Numbered from the stretch's first letter, positions 14,018-30,458 are shown. The stretch: 64,000 bases of DNA from the human T2T-CHM13v2.0 reference genome, Homo sapiens (GCF_009914755.1 NC_060926.1); one strand, 5' to 3'. A program made the numbers and translations. The notes: a model not told the origin generated them from the letters alone.

Positions 14018-15265
14018 TGACATTTAAATGGCATCTGTCAGCTGCAGTTCAGGGAGGGTCCCTGCACAAGCAGGAAGGACTGTCTCGCCATGACACTGCA
14101 GGGGACACACTAGAAGGAATGGGACACAGGGACAGAGCTCCGCAGGCAGTGCCCTGGGCCTCCGATGGTGCTGTGTGGGGCCCTGCAGACAGACTCAACT
14201 GCCTTAGGGCACCCGTAGGAGGGAGGACAGAGGGATGGTGGAGGGAAAGCCTTCTGCTAAAAATACCCAGCACTGCACTGCGAAGGAGTTTGGATGACAA
14301 CTTGTAGGACACAGAAGTGTCCATTTGTGTGTCATCAGGGGCCAGAAAAATCTGGGAAAGGGGCTGCAGCCCTGTTCTCTTGTCTGGACTGATCTGGACA
14401 TTGAGTCCCTGATGTCCCAGGCTACCCCAGTGGTGACCGGGCTGCCTGCCCTACCCTGCCCCCTTCTCTCTCCACTGCCAGTGGTGGGTCAGCCCCCATG
14501 TCAGGCAGTCATCCTCTGTCCCCTGCATGCACTGACCACTAGAAAACAAAGGGTGTGAAGCCCATGCCAACCTGGGAAGCCTCTTCCTGAAAGTAAGTCA
14601 AGTTTCCAAGACTCCTTCATTTGTCTTTGGGCAGGGCCCTCTCAAAGTGGGGATGAGTTACATCGGAAAGTGAGTGTCCTGTCCTAGCAATGTTCATGTT
14701 GGCTGTCAGCCTTCCCTGAATCACCTGCTCAAAGCCATGTGAACAGGGTGCACCCTCTCCCAGCTGTAGGTGAACGCTGGGGTTTTGTTACAGATCAGGA
14801 GTCGGGAATGCTGGGAGCCGCAGCCCAGGTGTCTTGCTCCTCTACCTCACATTTCCCTCCTGTGAAACAGCCTGAGGCTTGTTGCCGAGTAGCCCTGACT
14901 CTTTACCAATGGCCGGCGCCCTCCTCTATGTTCTCCAAGAGCTTCCCTGGGTGGGGGTCTAGCATCCAGGGGGCAGTGCTTGGCCGAGCAGCTGGTTGTG
15001 TCACATCCCTTCTTGGAATGGTCTTTTCTCTGCCTGGAAAGTGACCTGGATTCTTCCTTCTGACATGTAAGATGGAGCTCTGTTGTGGTTTATGATTGCT
15101 CCTTGGGCCCCTCCATGTAATCAGTTTACTCTGCCCGAAAGTCTTTCTTCCACTGTTTCAAAGGAGGAATTTGTATGTCACATACAGCTCCTTGGTGGGG
15201 GATTTTGCTGGAGACATGGGGAGCTGCTCTGAAGACAGTGTCCTGCCTGTATAAAGAATTGCTGT

Positions 15266-15588
15266 GCCGTGTGCGGTGGTCATGCCTGTAATCCCAGCAC
15301 TTTGTGCAGCCAAGGCTGGTGGATCGCTTGAGTCCAGGAGCTCGAGACCAGCTTGGTCAACATGGTGAAACCTCATCTCTACTAAAAATACAAAAATTAG
15401 CCGGGCATGGTGGTGGGTGCCTATAGTCCCAGCTACTCAGGAGGCTGAGGCACAAGAATCACCTGAACCCAGGAGGTGGAGGTTGCAGTGAGCCAAGATC
15501 ACACCACTACACTCCAGCTTGTGTGATAGAGGGAGACTCAGTCTCAAAAAAAAAAAATTAATTAAAAAAAAGGTAAAAAAAAAAAAAA
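15266..15588 (+). mobile_element. Alu, full length (AluJb/old S-like)
   Basis: CCTGTAATCCCAGCACTTTG through an A-rich tail; TSD AAAGAATTGCTGTG at 15253-15266 and 15586-15599. Confidence 0.95.
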
Positions 15589-16277
15589 GAATTGCTGTGA
15601 GAGCCATCCTTGCATTCTTCCATCTGATCATCATAGGCTTGAGCACCCTGCTGGGTGATGTGGTGACGGGGCTGGGCTCAGCTGGGAGGAAGACAGACAC
15701 AGCCCTACAGGGGAAGCTAGGGCCACACCCAAGAAAGGGGCAGTCACGACCCGAGTGGGAGGATGGCTCCAAGTGAGGAGGTACCGACTCAGCCCAGGCT
15801 TAGCCAAGCCTCTGCCCCAGAGCTGGGCATCTTGGGGTGCACAGAGGAGGTGCTGCATGAGTGAGAAAGACTTAGTGAGGAGAGAAGCAGGGAGGGAAGG
15901 AAGTGGGTGGCAGTGGAAACAGCACTTTCCCAGTTGTTCTTTCAGCCGATGTTCATTCAGGGCTCATGGTAGCCAGGCCTTTTCCAAGCTATTCCATGGA
16001 TTAGCCATCGCTATGAATTCTCAGGATCCCTGCAGGAAATGCCACTGTTGTCCATGTCACAGATGAGAAAATTGAGATGCAGACTTAGAGTATCTCATCC
16101 AGTGGCATGCAAGTGGTGTGGTACGGAGCACCCACGCCTGGCCTGCAGGTGCCTGCCCCTCTCCACCCCTGTCCAGTGATGAGCGAGCTCATGGCAGGCA
16201 TGCAGGCACCCTGGGCTCCTTTGCACACACTCCCTCGCTTGGGCCTGCGGTGGCTCCAGGAAGCAGGTGCTCTTGTC

Positions 16278-16400
16278 ATCCCCAATTTGTAGATGAGGAA
16301 ACCACAGGTCAGAGAGGTTAAACAATTGCTCAAGTCACACAGCTGGTGAGCACCAGCCAGGCTGTAACCCAGGCCGCCTGGCTCTGAAGTCTTCAGTGTC
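16278..16400 (-). mobile_element. MIR
   Basis: ATCCCCAATTTGTAGATGAGGAAACC...AGAGAGGTTAAACAATTGCTCAAGTCACACAGCTGG. Confidence 0.7.
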
Positions 16401-17204
16401 TAAAGAACTCAGGGCGGGAGCCGAGGGGCACGCAGGGCAGGGAGAGGACCCTGGGAGGTGAGGCTGGGAAAGGAAGCAGGGCTGGACCCTAACAGCTTTG
16501 TCCTTCTTGTGAAGAAGGGGGCTTCATGTTGAGAGAAGGAGGTCTCACTGTGGAGGGCCAGGTGGTGATCCCAGCCACATGCTTGTAGCCACCTGCAAGT
16601 GCCCAGGCATGCTGCAGACTCACTGCAGCCCCACAGGACAGGGGCCTGCTGCCTGGTTGGTGTCAGGAGGCCGGCATTTGGGGACATGAAGATCAGGGAG
16701 GGGGAGGTTTACCTGGGGAGGTTCACCTGAATCTCCCATGGTTGTGAGATCTTGTGGGCACGTCTGTGGTGGACTCTGGCCGGCTTTACGGATGGCTGCA
16801 ATTGGCACTCCCTGCACGGGCATCTCTGTGTAGCTTGAAGCTGGACTCTCTCTCAGGTGTAAGTGGGAGCTCCTTAGAGGTGGGGCTTGAGGACAGAACC
16901 CAGCCTCCTGCCTGTGCCGACACTGCTCCCTCTGTGACTGTGAGAGACATTGCAGCCCTTCACTATAGCTTGGTTGGAGACTGACATCTGTGAAGGATTG
17001 ATGGGAGGCTCTGAAGGTGCTGTAATGAAGTTTCCTCCCCAGGATCCCTTCCCTGCCCCAGCCAGGTTGGCCCCCCAGAAGGCTGCTGGGTCCATTCACT
17101 GTTCTCTACGTCTGTGCGCAGCCCCCAACCCCGCCCATGTCAGCATTATCCCCTAGGACCCAGAGCCTCCTCCCATCTCCTGGCTTCCACTCTAAACAGA
17201 ATGA

Positions 17205-17526
<322 letters not shown>

Positions 17527-18463
17527 TTCAGAATGACCTTTTAAAGGTCATCAGGGCATGATTCCTGCCCCTCCTTAACATCCACCTGTGGCTTCTCAGG
17601 GACTCAGGGTAAATGAGCTGGGCCCTGCACCATCTGTTCTTGCTCCCTTTGCTCCTGTGGGTGGAGGCAGGTGTCATGGGCAGCAGAGATTCTGCAGAGT
17701 CCCCTGTGAGGTGAGGGGAGTGCAGAGGATTCGCGTGGCCTGGGACTTGCCATGGCGTGTGGGAATAGGCAGTGGTCAGCTGGGGACACTGACCACACTA
17801 GCAGAGCTGCTGCCAGTGGCCCCCAAGGCGTCTCACCTCCTGACAGCACTGCTATAGCATTGCCAGATGTTATTTTGAGTTTTAAACACAGGAGTGTGGA
17901 TTGGGCTGCAGTGTGGATTAACTAGGCCTGGGGACCTACCCTGAGGAGCTAGTGATTTACCTATTTCCTCCTCCATTCCTGTAGCATTCTCTTACTGAGC
18001 ACCTGCTGTATGCCTGGCCCTGGGTATTTGGTGGGGCCAACTAGACTGCAGCTGTTGGTCCAGGTGGGGGGTGACCGGGATGGGAAGCCCAATACGGCTC
18101 CACAGAGAGTAAGAAAGCTGTGGGGGCAGTGAGCTAGGGAGGACAGCAGAGAGAGCAGGGCCTCTGCAGGGGGGTGAGTTCCCCAAGAAGACCCTGCGAT
18201 TCATTCAGCTGTTTTTCATTGACACCATCATCATCATCGTCATCACTGTTAATACAAATGCTGTACGTAACAGAGAAGACTGACTTCTGCTTCCATCTTC
18301 GATGAGACCCTTTGCTCAGTTGAGAGAAAACCCACCAAAGAGGGGAAGGGAAGGAGGAGAGATTCTGCCCCCCAGGGGAGCAGCCCACATAGCCGCCTGC
18401 AAGAGGCCTGTGTACCCACCCTGGGCATACCTCCTCCAGAGCCAGAGGGGTGCCTGGTGTGGG

Positions 18464-18965
18464 TCAGTGCTCCCCACCAGACCAGTGCCTCCGACCCAAG
18501 TCAGTGCCTCCCACCCAGGCCAGTGCCCCCCACCCAAGTCAATGCCTCCCACCTAGGCCAGTGTCCCCAACCCAGTCAGTGCCCCCAACCTGGGTCAGTA
18601 CCCTCTACCCAGGCCAGCCCCATCCCACCAGGCCAGTGTCCCCCACCCTGGTCAGTGCCTTCCACTGGGCCAATGCCCCCCATTCTGCCCATGCCCCCCA
18701 ACTGGGTCCGTGCCTCCCACCAGGACAGTGTCCCTTATCCAGTCAGTGCCTCCCACTCAGTCATTGCCCCCAACTAGGTCAGCTCTCCCCACTAGGTCAG
18801 TGCTCCTCACCAGGACAGTGCCCCCGACCTGGGCCAGTTCGCCCCACCCAGGCCAATACCCTCCACATGGGTCAGTGCCCACAACCATGTCAATGCTCCC
18901 CACCCAGATGTGTGTTCCCCCCCCACCACCAGACTAGTGCCCCTCAACCAGGCCAGTGCCCCAGG
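18464..18965. repeat. Degenerate C-rich minisatellite, ~27 units of 18-19 bp (consensus ~YCAGTGCCYCCCACCCAGG)
   Basis: Successive units CCAGTGCCTCCGACCCAAG, TCAGTGCCTCCCACCCAGG, CCAGTGCCCCCCACCCAAG and so on. Confidence 0.92.
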
Positions 18966-19699
18966 CAGCCTTGGGTTTGCGCCTCAGCTGGTGACAGCTG
19001 AGGCTGGTGTGTGGTGCAGTGTGGGAACGTACCCTGTGGGATGTTCTGCACTGGAGGTGGGGATCTGTCCCACTCAAACCTGCTTCTCAGGGGGATGCAG
19101 AGGTGAATAGGGCATTGTGGCAGTAGCCAAGGGCGGGTGGATGGCCCAGCTGGTAGAAGTAGCTGGGGATAGAGAAGTCACCAAATAGATGCAGAGAAGG
19201 GAAGGAGAGGCATGGAGAGCAGGCAGGAGCATGATCTCAGCTATGTCCCCGAGGAGCAGAGAGAACTCCGTGGCTGGCTAGACAGGCGGGAAGGGAAGCG
19301 CATCTGTGTCTGTCATCCTTGTCCCTGCAGTTCTGGAGCCTGGTTCAGTTTCTGCTGGGGTAGAAGCACCTCAGAGCAGAGTGATGGCTGCCCTAGTTCC
19401 CATGGTCTGTGGGTCATTGAAGGAGGGTCCCTCACGGCTCAGGGAAAAACCATTTCTGAGCCCAGGCTGGGTGGGGGATGATTTAGGTCACTTTGCTCCA
19501 GGTGGTGAGCCCCACCCTGACCTTGACTTTGGCCAACTGTTGTCTGCCAGCCCTGCAGGAGGATGAGCCCCGGGGTCCTCAGGGAGTGCCAGCTGAAAGG
19601 GGTGTCAGTCAAATGCTCCTCGGAGCACACCCGTTCCGTGCTCCCTCTGGCCAGGCCTTCCCTGGCTCCTGTGGGTCCAGGTCCGTTTCCCCACACTGA

Positions 19700-20400
19700 C
19701 ATACCCCATCAGCTCACCCTGTGAAATATCCCTGATCTAACCTTCTTCCACCCCTGGTCTGGTCCCTCTGTGTCTCTCCCCAGGATGACAGAGCTGCCAC
19801 CAGAGGGTCCTGTTTCTGCCCTTGCCCTAGCATCTATTCTCAAACAGTGACCAGAGTGATCCTGTTGAAAGGGAAGGCAGATCATGCCAGTCCTCAACTC
19901 AGAATTCCCCAGTGCCTCCCATCACTGTCAGAGAAAAAGCCAGGCCGTATGACACGGCCCACGCCGGCCTGCACCAACCCCCACCCACTGCCTCCCTGGT
20001 GATGTCTCCCCCCAGTGCCCTCTGGGTCACCTGCTTCAGCCACACCAGCCCTGTCTTCCCCACAAGCCACTGGGCAGGCTCCCCCAGGGCATTTGCAGAT
20101 GAGGCCCCCTCAGCTCCTCTCCCCATGGGTGTTGCCTCCATGCCACCTGCTCACGGGGCCTCCTCTGACCACTCCAGTTAAAACTGCGACCCTGCCTCCC
20201 CAAGGACTGCCTGCTGCTTTCTCCAAAGGACCTCTCACTCTTTAGCTTTCTTGGGATTTTATTTATAGATTTTATTTTGTTATTTCAGATGAAAATTTGA
20301 AGCTTGCAGGGGCAGGGATATTTTCCCATTTGGGTTACTGCTGTGACCACATATTCCAGAAAGTGTTTGGCACATCAGGGTCCTTGACACATCCTTGAGT
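19700..20400 (+). mobile_element. L2 3' fragment
   Basis: CCAGAGTGATCCT, CAGATCATGCC, CAGGGCATTTGCAGATG and GTTTGGCACAT motifs in L2 order. Confidence 0.6.
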
Positions 20401-20407
20401 GGCCATC

Positions 20408-20436
20408 CTTAAGATCACCCTAAGGGTGATCTTAAG
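20408..20436. repeat. 29-bp palindrome (14-bp perfect arms, 1-nt spacer)
   Basis: CTTAAGATCACCCT-A-AGGGTGATCTTAAG. Confidence 0.92.
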
Positions 20437-21184
20437 TCTGCCAGCCACCAGGGCCTTTTGAAGCAGGGAGACCTCCCATGATGTACCCCTAGGCCTTAGC
20501 CTTGCACCCCAGGACAGGAGGACTGCGCTCCCAGGGGAGTCACCAAGCATCATCATGGGGTGACATTTCCTTCCATTTCCTAAAGTTTCCTTGCATGAGC
20601 TCACAGGAAACCTTGAATTGTAAGGCCCTTCCTTTGCCCTGTACTTGCCGAACCTAAAAGCCAGTTCTGCCCGGAATGTTCTAAATAATCAGGGGGATAA
20701 AGAAAGAGAATCCTCAAGCAAGGCTTTTCTTTCACTCTCTGCTCAGTTGGCAGCACCAGATGGAGGATGTGGCCGTGGTGTGGGCTCGTTTATTTATTGA
20801 TTAAAATGCTTACAAAACCCAGCATGTACAGCCAGGCTGAACATTCAATTAAAAAGCCCAAAATGAAAATTCAGAACTCCTGAATGACAAGTAGGATGTG
20901 CAGAGCCAGCTCTTAGCAAAGGAATAGGATGATAAAGCTTTAAGCAGGGATTTGTTCTATTTATTTATTTCGCTCTTTCTTCAAGAATTTGGAAACTGGA
21001 AGGCACTGCACAGTGCCCAGTCACTGCATGGGTGAGTGAATGAACAAAGCTTACACAGTGTTGGGTGAGCAGCAAGGATAAGAGAGGTGGACATTTGATG
21101 ACAGCTAGGTGCATGTGTCCCTGCACACACAGGGATGGGAAGAATAATGGCCCTGAGATATGCTCTCGAGAGGGCATCCTGAAA

Positions 21185-21495
<311 letters not shown>

Positions 21496-22260
21496 TGAGT
21501 GAGGAAAAGACATGAATCCATGCTCCAGAGATGACAGGCATCCTTTTCCATAGGGGATGGTTAGGGGTATGATTGGCAAATATGCACTGGGACTTCAGGT
21601 TCTTCCTGGTGGTAAGAAACCACTCGTCCTCCATCCATCTTCCTCTTCCTTCTCCATCCAACCACCTTCCTCTTCCTCCTTCACCACCTTCCAACATCAG
21701 ACTGAGCACACTCTTCAGAGCCCACCAGCTGGAGCAGACTTCATGTGGGTTGGGCTCCACCTCCTTTCTCAGAAGTGAGTGTCATCACCTAGAGTGTCAT
21801 TACCACAGTCTTTGCCTTCCAAGGCTCCTACTAAATCAGAACGACTTAAAAAGCAAGCAGAGTGCCCTCTCTGCTGCTTTGGAGGCAGCTGGGCCATGGT
21901 TAGAAGGTGAGGGCCACAGCATGGCTGCTGGCTACCAGCTGCAGATGCTGGTGCCGACTAGCCTTGCCTGAGTCTGGCTTCCTCATCTGCAGAGGGGCAG
22001 GGTGTCTCACTTGAAAGTTGGGAGACTTCAATACAGTTGTGTATGAAGTGCCCAGTACAGTAAATTCTCAATAAATAATCATTGCTATTTTAATACTGTG
22101 GGAATAGAAGGCCAGCTCACTAGCTGCAAGCCTTAGATTAGTCCAAAGACAGCAGAGTCAAGAGGGGGATTGCCCTGGTTCCTCTGCGCAGGCTGATGTC
22201 AGGGGTTTGCTGATCTCTGTGCACCGGGACTCAGACTTTCTCCCGTGTGGCCACACTTGC

Positions 22261-22388
22261 TGTGTGTGGTGTGTGTCTGTGTGTGTATGTGGTGGGGGGC
22301 GGGCTGTGTATCTGTGTGACGTGTGTGTGTGTGTGTGTTTGTGTATGTTTTGTGTGTGGTGGGGGGACCTTGGGTCTCTGTCTGTGTA
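22261..22388. repeat. Imperfect (TG)n microsatellite
   Basis: Interrupted TG runs, longest at ~22321-22338. Confidence 0.9.
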
Positions 22389-23557
22389 TGAACTCATGTA
22401 GTCTCCCCTGCATTCCTCTCCTCCGGGGATTGCTGGCCCCTTCGCTGTTTGATGGCAGGTGTCTGAGGATGGAGAGGGCAGTGCCGCAGAGTGACAGCAC
22501 AGGGCATGCCAGGACACCAGGGTGCCCAGAGCCCATAAACCACAGCCTCTGACAGCCTAGTGTCTACGCTACCACCGTCCCCAGGGCCTCTGTGGGCTCA
22601 GAGCATTCTCCCCACCTCAGGCCATGCCGAGACCACTAGGCTCCTTTGCATAGAAATTTGAGCTGTATTTTGTTGTTTTGAGGAGAAAAGTGGTTTCTCA
22701 AAGGCCTTTGATTCCCATGTATTTGCTAAGCTGGCCTTGCACTTTCCTACCCATCCTTTTTGGGTGGGTTGCCCACAGGTACCATCCTTCTTGTCTTCAT
22801 TCTGGCCCTGTCTTGCCTCTTTAGCATGTTTGAGAATTTTGGACAAATGGAGAGAAGTCTGTTCTCAAGGGTGTTGGCCTAAGTAGCTTCCCCGGTGCGG
22901 GACCGGGGTCCATTTTCTGCCCTCCTTCCCGCAGCCTCTCCTGCATGTCTTCCTGGACCTGTGCTGATTTCAGCATCTTCGTTGTGTGACTCAGTTCTTC
23001 TCAGGAAGCCATAGAGGTTTTTCTTTCTAGAGCTTTGAGCATTTGAAGAATTCTGCCCACTGTGTCTTCTCTCCTCCCACTGCAATCGATAGCAGAGAAT
23101 GGAGAGGCTGGTCATTTTTTCAGACTGCTCTGTTGAACACGGATCTGCAAAGCTGGCGTTGGTACTCCTACAGCCAGTGCTGGGACACATGCAATTTGTG
23201 GTGTGTGATGCTTTCAGGTTGCTCTAAGTGTCAGTTTGACATACCTGAATCCTGGGGCATTTTTTTGTGACTGTAATCATCCATAACAGCATATCTGTGA
23301 TGGATCAGTCAGGATGGGAAAGTTAGGCTGCAGGAACAGCAAGGTGAAATGCTTGCTGCTTCTGTTCATGCTGACCATACCCAAACACAGAACTGGTGCA
23401 ATCCTGCCATGCCATGGAGGCAGAGAGCCAGGAATAACCAGGCACAACATGTGCCTCCTCTTAGGGCCCCCATAGGGGAGGGCTCTGCCTGCACCGAAGA
23501 TGCTCCACAGCCCTCTAGGAGCTTGGGGACCAGGCCAGAGACCCTGTGCTGTGCTGC

Positions 23558-23589
23558 TGACAGTGCTAAATTTTGACAGTGCTAAATTT
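23558..23589. repeat. Perfect 16-bp tandem duplication
   Basis: TGACAGTGCTAAATTT twice. Confidence 0.9.
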
Positions 23590-23813
23590 CACTGCTGCGT
23601 AGGGGATTAGCCAGCCCAGGCCGCCAGGTCTGGCTCGGGATGGCGTGACCTCTGGAGTTTTCCACAGTCCTGCCATTGGAAGTGATCCCGGGAGACAAGG
23701 CATCATGGTGCTCCTATGTTCTTCCTGTTTTCAGACACGACATTTCACCTGCCTCTCGGAGGCTGAAATAAGTTAAATAAGGTTATGCTGGAGAAAAGTG
23801 GACATTCTAGTGA

Positions 23814-24287
<474 letters not shown>

Positions 24288-24682
24288 TGAGGAAAGAGCT
24301 TGCCTCTGGCAGGGTTAAGACAAGGTGTGCGTTCAGTTGAATGAAGGTGGGCACTCCCCACTTTGGGGGCCAGACTTTTCTCCTTCGCTCACACTATATT
24401 TTTAATGTAGGATGATCTTTGTGTAGACTGGTACATGGCAGAACACTAAGAAGATGAAACTTTTTAAGTGAAAATATTTTCAGGCCTAGGTAGCCAGTAA
24501 GGTGACCCTGCAATGGTCTGTTTCCTTCTGAGCCTCCAGGAAGGAAACCCACCCGATGATGCCCAAGGGACGGGAGAGGGCCGCCACACGGGCTGGCGAG
24601 ACAAAGTCAGGGAGGCAACAGAGCCAGCTGGCAAGTGCAGGAGACTGCCCACATTCGGGTTTTGTTTTGCTTGGTATTTTAG

Positions 24683-25425
<743 letters not shown>

Positions 25426-25609
25426 TTGCCCCACGTTGTCTGCTAGGGGTTCCTTGTTCCCTGTCTCTGGACCTGCTTCCTGAGTCTCCTCTCTCCAACC
25501 CCAGGGTGTCAGTGATGTTGGCTCTGACTGGGTAAGAGTGGTTAACTCCGCTGCACCCGTCGGCACTGCCCTCACCCTCTATCTTTAAGTTCAGACTATT
25601 TAGAGCTAT

Positions 25610-25715
25610 TTGAGTTTGTATTTAAATGAATTAAAATTAGATAAAATTAAACATTTGATTTCTCCGTCTCACTAGCCACTATTCAGTGCTTGGTGCTAGT
25701 GACCACAGCATATAG
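25610..25715. mobile_element. MER3/MER33-like hAT fragment
   Basis: AATTAAAATTAGATAAAATTAAA followed by CACTAGCCAC and AGTGCT. Confidence 0.5.
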
Positions 25716-26204
25716 GAGCTAATCTAGGGAGAGGTGCAGCCTGTGGAGGAAAGGAGCAGGGACCCGGCTCAGCCCTGCCCGGGACAGCTGTGAATTGCTA
25801 GATTAGACCTCGTGAGAGCCACTTCAGGGGGAAATGGGAGCTCAGAGAGCCACCTTAGAAGACATGGGGTGACGCTGCTGAGGTCAAGTGCCAGAGTGAA
25901 AACTGCTCGGTTGGGTTTCTGTCCTGTCTGTAAAATCAGCGTCAACTTATGAGTAGGAATGTTTAATGTGTGTTGAGTGCCTCATTTGTCTGGATATCTG
26001 GTTTCACTGGTACTTCCCCAGCCTGGGTTTGTTGCGGTTCCCCGTCTGAATGTTATTTGGGTCCATGCTGTAAGACTGCCTTCTAAGAGACTTCTGATTA
26101 TTCTGATAATATTAATCTCTTAGAAAGGGGTCCACAGTGGGGGTTATGTTGATCTTCTGGGTTAGTTGCCAGGGTTGTGATGTTCTAATATATCTCTTTC
26201 TCAG

Positions 26205-26340
26205 CTGGTTTTAACCTGCTGACGGTTTCCCCCTGGGAAGTTCAGTGATTCATTCCAGACTGGAGGCGTTTTGACTGAGGCCTGTCATGAAGTTCCCTGA
26301 GAGGATGAAGCGCCTCTTCTGTGGTTACCTTTAATGGCAG
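26205..26340 (+). other. Candidate non-coding/cryptic exon (136 bp)
   Basis: Branch-like TTCTAAT, pyrimidine tract TCTCTTTCTCAG| and donor CAG|GTATGG; motif evidence only. Confidence 0.25.
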
Positions 26341-28625
26341 GTATGGCCATGGAGGCCCATACAGGTGTCTCGGGGCAATCAAAGGCCCCTTCTTAGGGGA
26401 ACATCGTGCTTCCTATTTCCCTGTCTCCAGCCCAGTTCTGGCCCCTGGAGGCTCAAGGAGCACCTGCTAGTTTCCTTCTGGTCTCTCCACCTTACTTCCC
26501 ACTCTGGGCGCAGAAGTGCTGTGTGGAAATTATGCACCAGGAAGCTCCGTACAAGCAGTAGAGAGTCTCAGCTAAGCTAAGGGAGATGAGAATACAAAGG
26601 TCTGGCAGGTCCTCTTGACTGTGGGCCTCATGTGCACTCAGCATTCGCTCAGTTCCACTGCATGCCTGTCACTGTACACTCCTTCATGTGCGGTGTGTGG
26701 CTACAATGCGGGAGGACGCACATTCCAGGCAGTGTTCTCTGCGGTTCCCTGAGACAGATGCCACAAAACTTGCTGGAGGTGGTCTCAGAGGCTGGGGCTG
26801 CTCGGCATCTCTCACTGAGAAAGAGCAGGTGACAGAGAAGAAAGCAATCCACGCAGAGCCCTTTCCCACACCAGGAGTTCCCCTGAGCTCTGCCCTTTGG
26901 GCTGCTCCTCCAGCTGCTCCTCCAGCTGCCCCTTCCTTGCTCATTCAGCACGGTATTTAGTGAGCACAGTAGATCTGGGCATTACAGAGCTACAGGTGAC
27001 TTCAGGAGTGATTCGCTGCCTTCTGCTGGGCTCTTACTGGCAGCGACAGTGGGATGTGCTTGGGATATTGCTTTTGTCTACCTCACGCTAAAGTTGTTTC
27101 ATTCAACATCAGCAGGAAGCAGATAACATTGTCAACACGTCGCTTATAGAGAAAATCCACTAAAATGGTCAGAGCAGACCGTCTTTCAGAAGAGATGCAG
27201 TCTGCCAGATGCAGACCCCAGGAAGTGTCAGCAGTGGGGCCGGGATGAGGGGTGGATAGAGGGGTGCCACGTGTGTGTTTGCATTCCACCCTGCGATGTT
27301 GTTCTGACCCCTGTGTGTCCCTGCCTCCAACCCCTGCGCATACTCCAGCAGCACCTGCAGAGTGCTTGGAGATTCCTCCTGGAGGCTTCCCGGGGCTTCC
27401 GATTCCATCCTGCTGCTGCCCTTGCAGGCAGGCTGCACATACCGCAGAAGGTATGGGAGCAGAGCAGGTGCCATGGAGGGGCAGGGCAGGGCCTCTTTGT
27501 ACATCTCCGACCTGCCCTTGTGGATGCTTTTTCTCTGACCGTACAGTGGCTGGTGGTGTTCTCCAGGCAGGAAGCTACATGCCATGGCCGCAACCCACTG
27601 TTATGCAAGTATCGGAATGATTTCATGCTGTTAGCAGTCGGTGGACCCCAAATGCCCAGTAACCTAGCATGTTACTGAAGACAACTCCAACCTGGATGGC
27701 AGAATCACATTTCCTGTTGCTTGGTGATTCCACTAGGGGATGGTGCAGGAAGAAACTAAAAAACTACAGGGACCTTTGATAGACTGGTTGATTACGTATT
27801 TCCTAGGTTGCTCTGGTCGACGTGTATGTTGAGTAAGCTGCAGGAGAGCCAAAGCTTGGTTCAACGGGTGTGCGGTGTACGGTAGGGCCGCGGCATGCAT
27901 GCCCGTGTGGATGGCTGATGGTGTGCTATGGAGGTGTTTTTGCTCAATTGCTTGCCGCTTGGCATGAACAACACAGGTAACATAATTGAGGGCACACATT
28001 ATTATGGCAGTGCAGTTTTAATTTATAAATGTGAGGCTTTTGTGTCTTTATTGATTCTTTGTGTAATCAACAGACATTCTTTATTTCTCTCTTACAGTGG
28101 CTTGAAATTAAAAAAATAAAAAGTACCTGTTGTACTCTTCATGAGGGAACATTCACATTTAGTTTCCACTGCTGGGAGGTGCACATTTGAAAATTGAATA
28201 TTCATAATTACCTTTTTGCACATTGGACTTGTGTGTAGCCACATTGATTTAATTCGCAAATTTGCATTGTAATATATGATATTGAAGATGTTCTGCTAGG
28301 ATGCTCACAGGAGCACTTGGCCAGAAGTTAGGAGGGGAACAATTTGTGGGCAAGCAGAACGCTGCATCCATGCTCTGGGCGGAAGCTTGGAGCAGATAAG
28401 ATGCACTTTTTTTTTTTATTATTATACTTTAAGTTTTAGGGTACATGTGCACATTGTGCAGGTTAGTTACATATGTATACATGTGCCATGCTGGTGTGCT
28501 GCACCCACTAACTCGTCATCTAGCATTAGGTATATCTCCCAATGCTATCCCTCCCCCCTCCCCCCACCCCACCACAGTCCCCAGAGTGTGATATTCCCCT
28601 TCCTGTGTCCATGTGATCTCATTGT

Positions 28626-30395
<1,770 letters not shown>

Positions 30396-30458
30396 AGACC
30401 ATTGAGACTAGCAAGAAACTGCATCAACTAACGAGCAAAATCACTAGCTAACATCATA

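Noticed and set aside
18464-18965. CRISPR-like array
   Set aside because: Contiguous degenerate units with no unique spacers, no cas genes, and a eukaryotic context.
18450-19001. 183-aa Pro/Cys/Gln repeat ORF resembling SPRR/keratin-associated proteins
   Set aside because: Translation of an 18-19-bp minisatellite whose units do not preserve frame; no gene context.
27793-27903. Cluster of 6-bp palindromes (SnaBI, AvrII, SalI, PstI, HindIII, SacII, SphI/NsiI) as a vector polylinker
   Set aside because: Sites are spaced by unrelated sequence and not in a polylinker order I recognise; no vector flanks.
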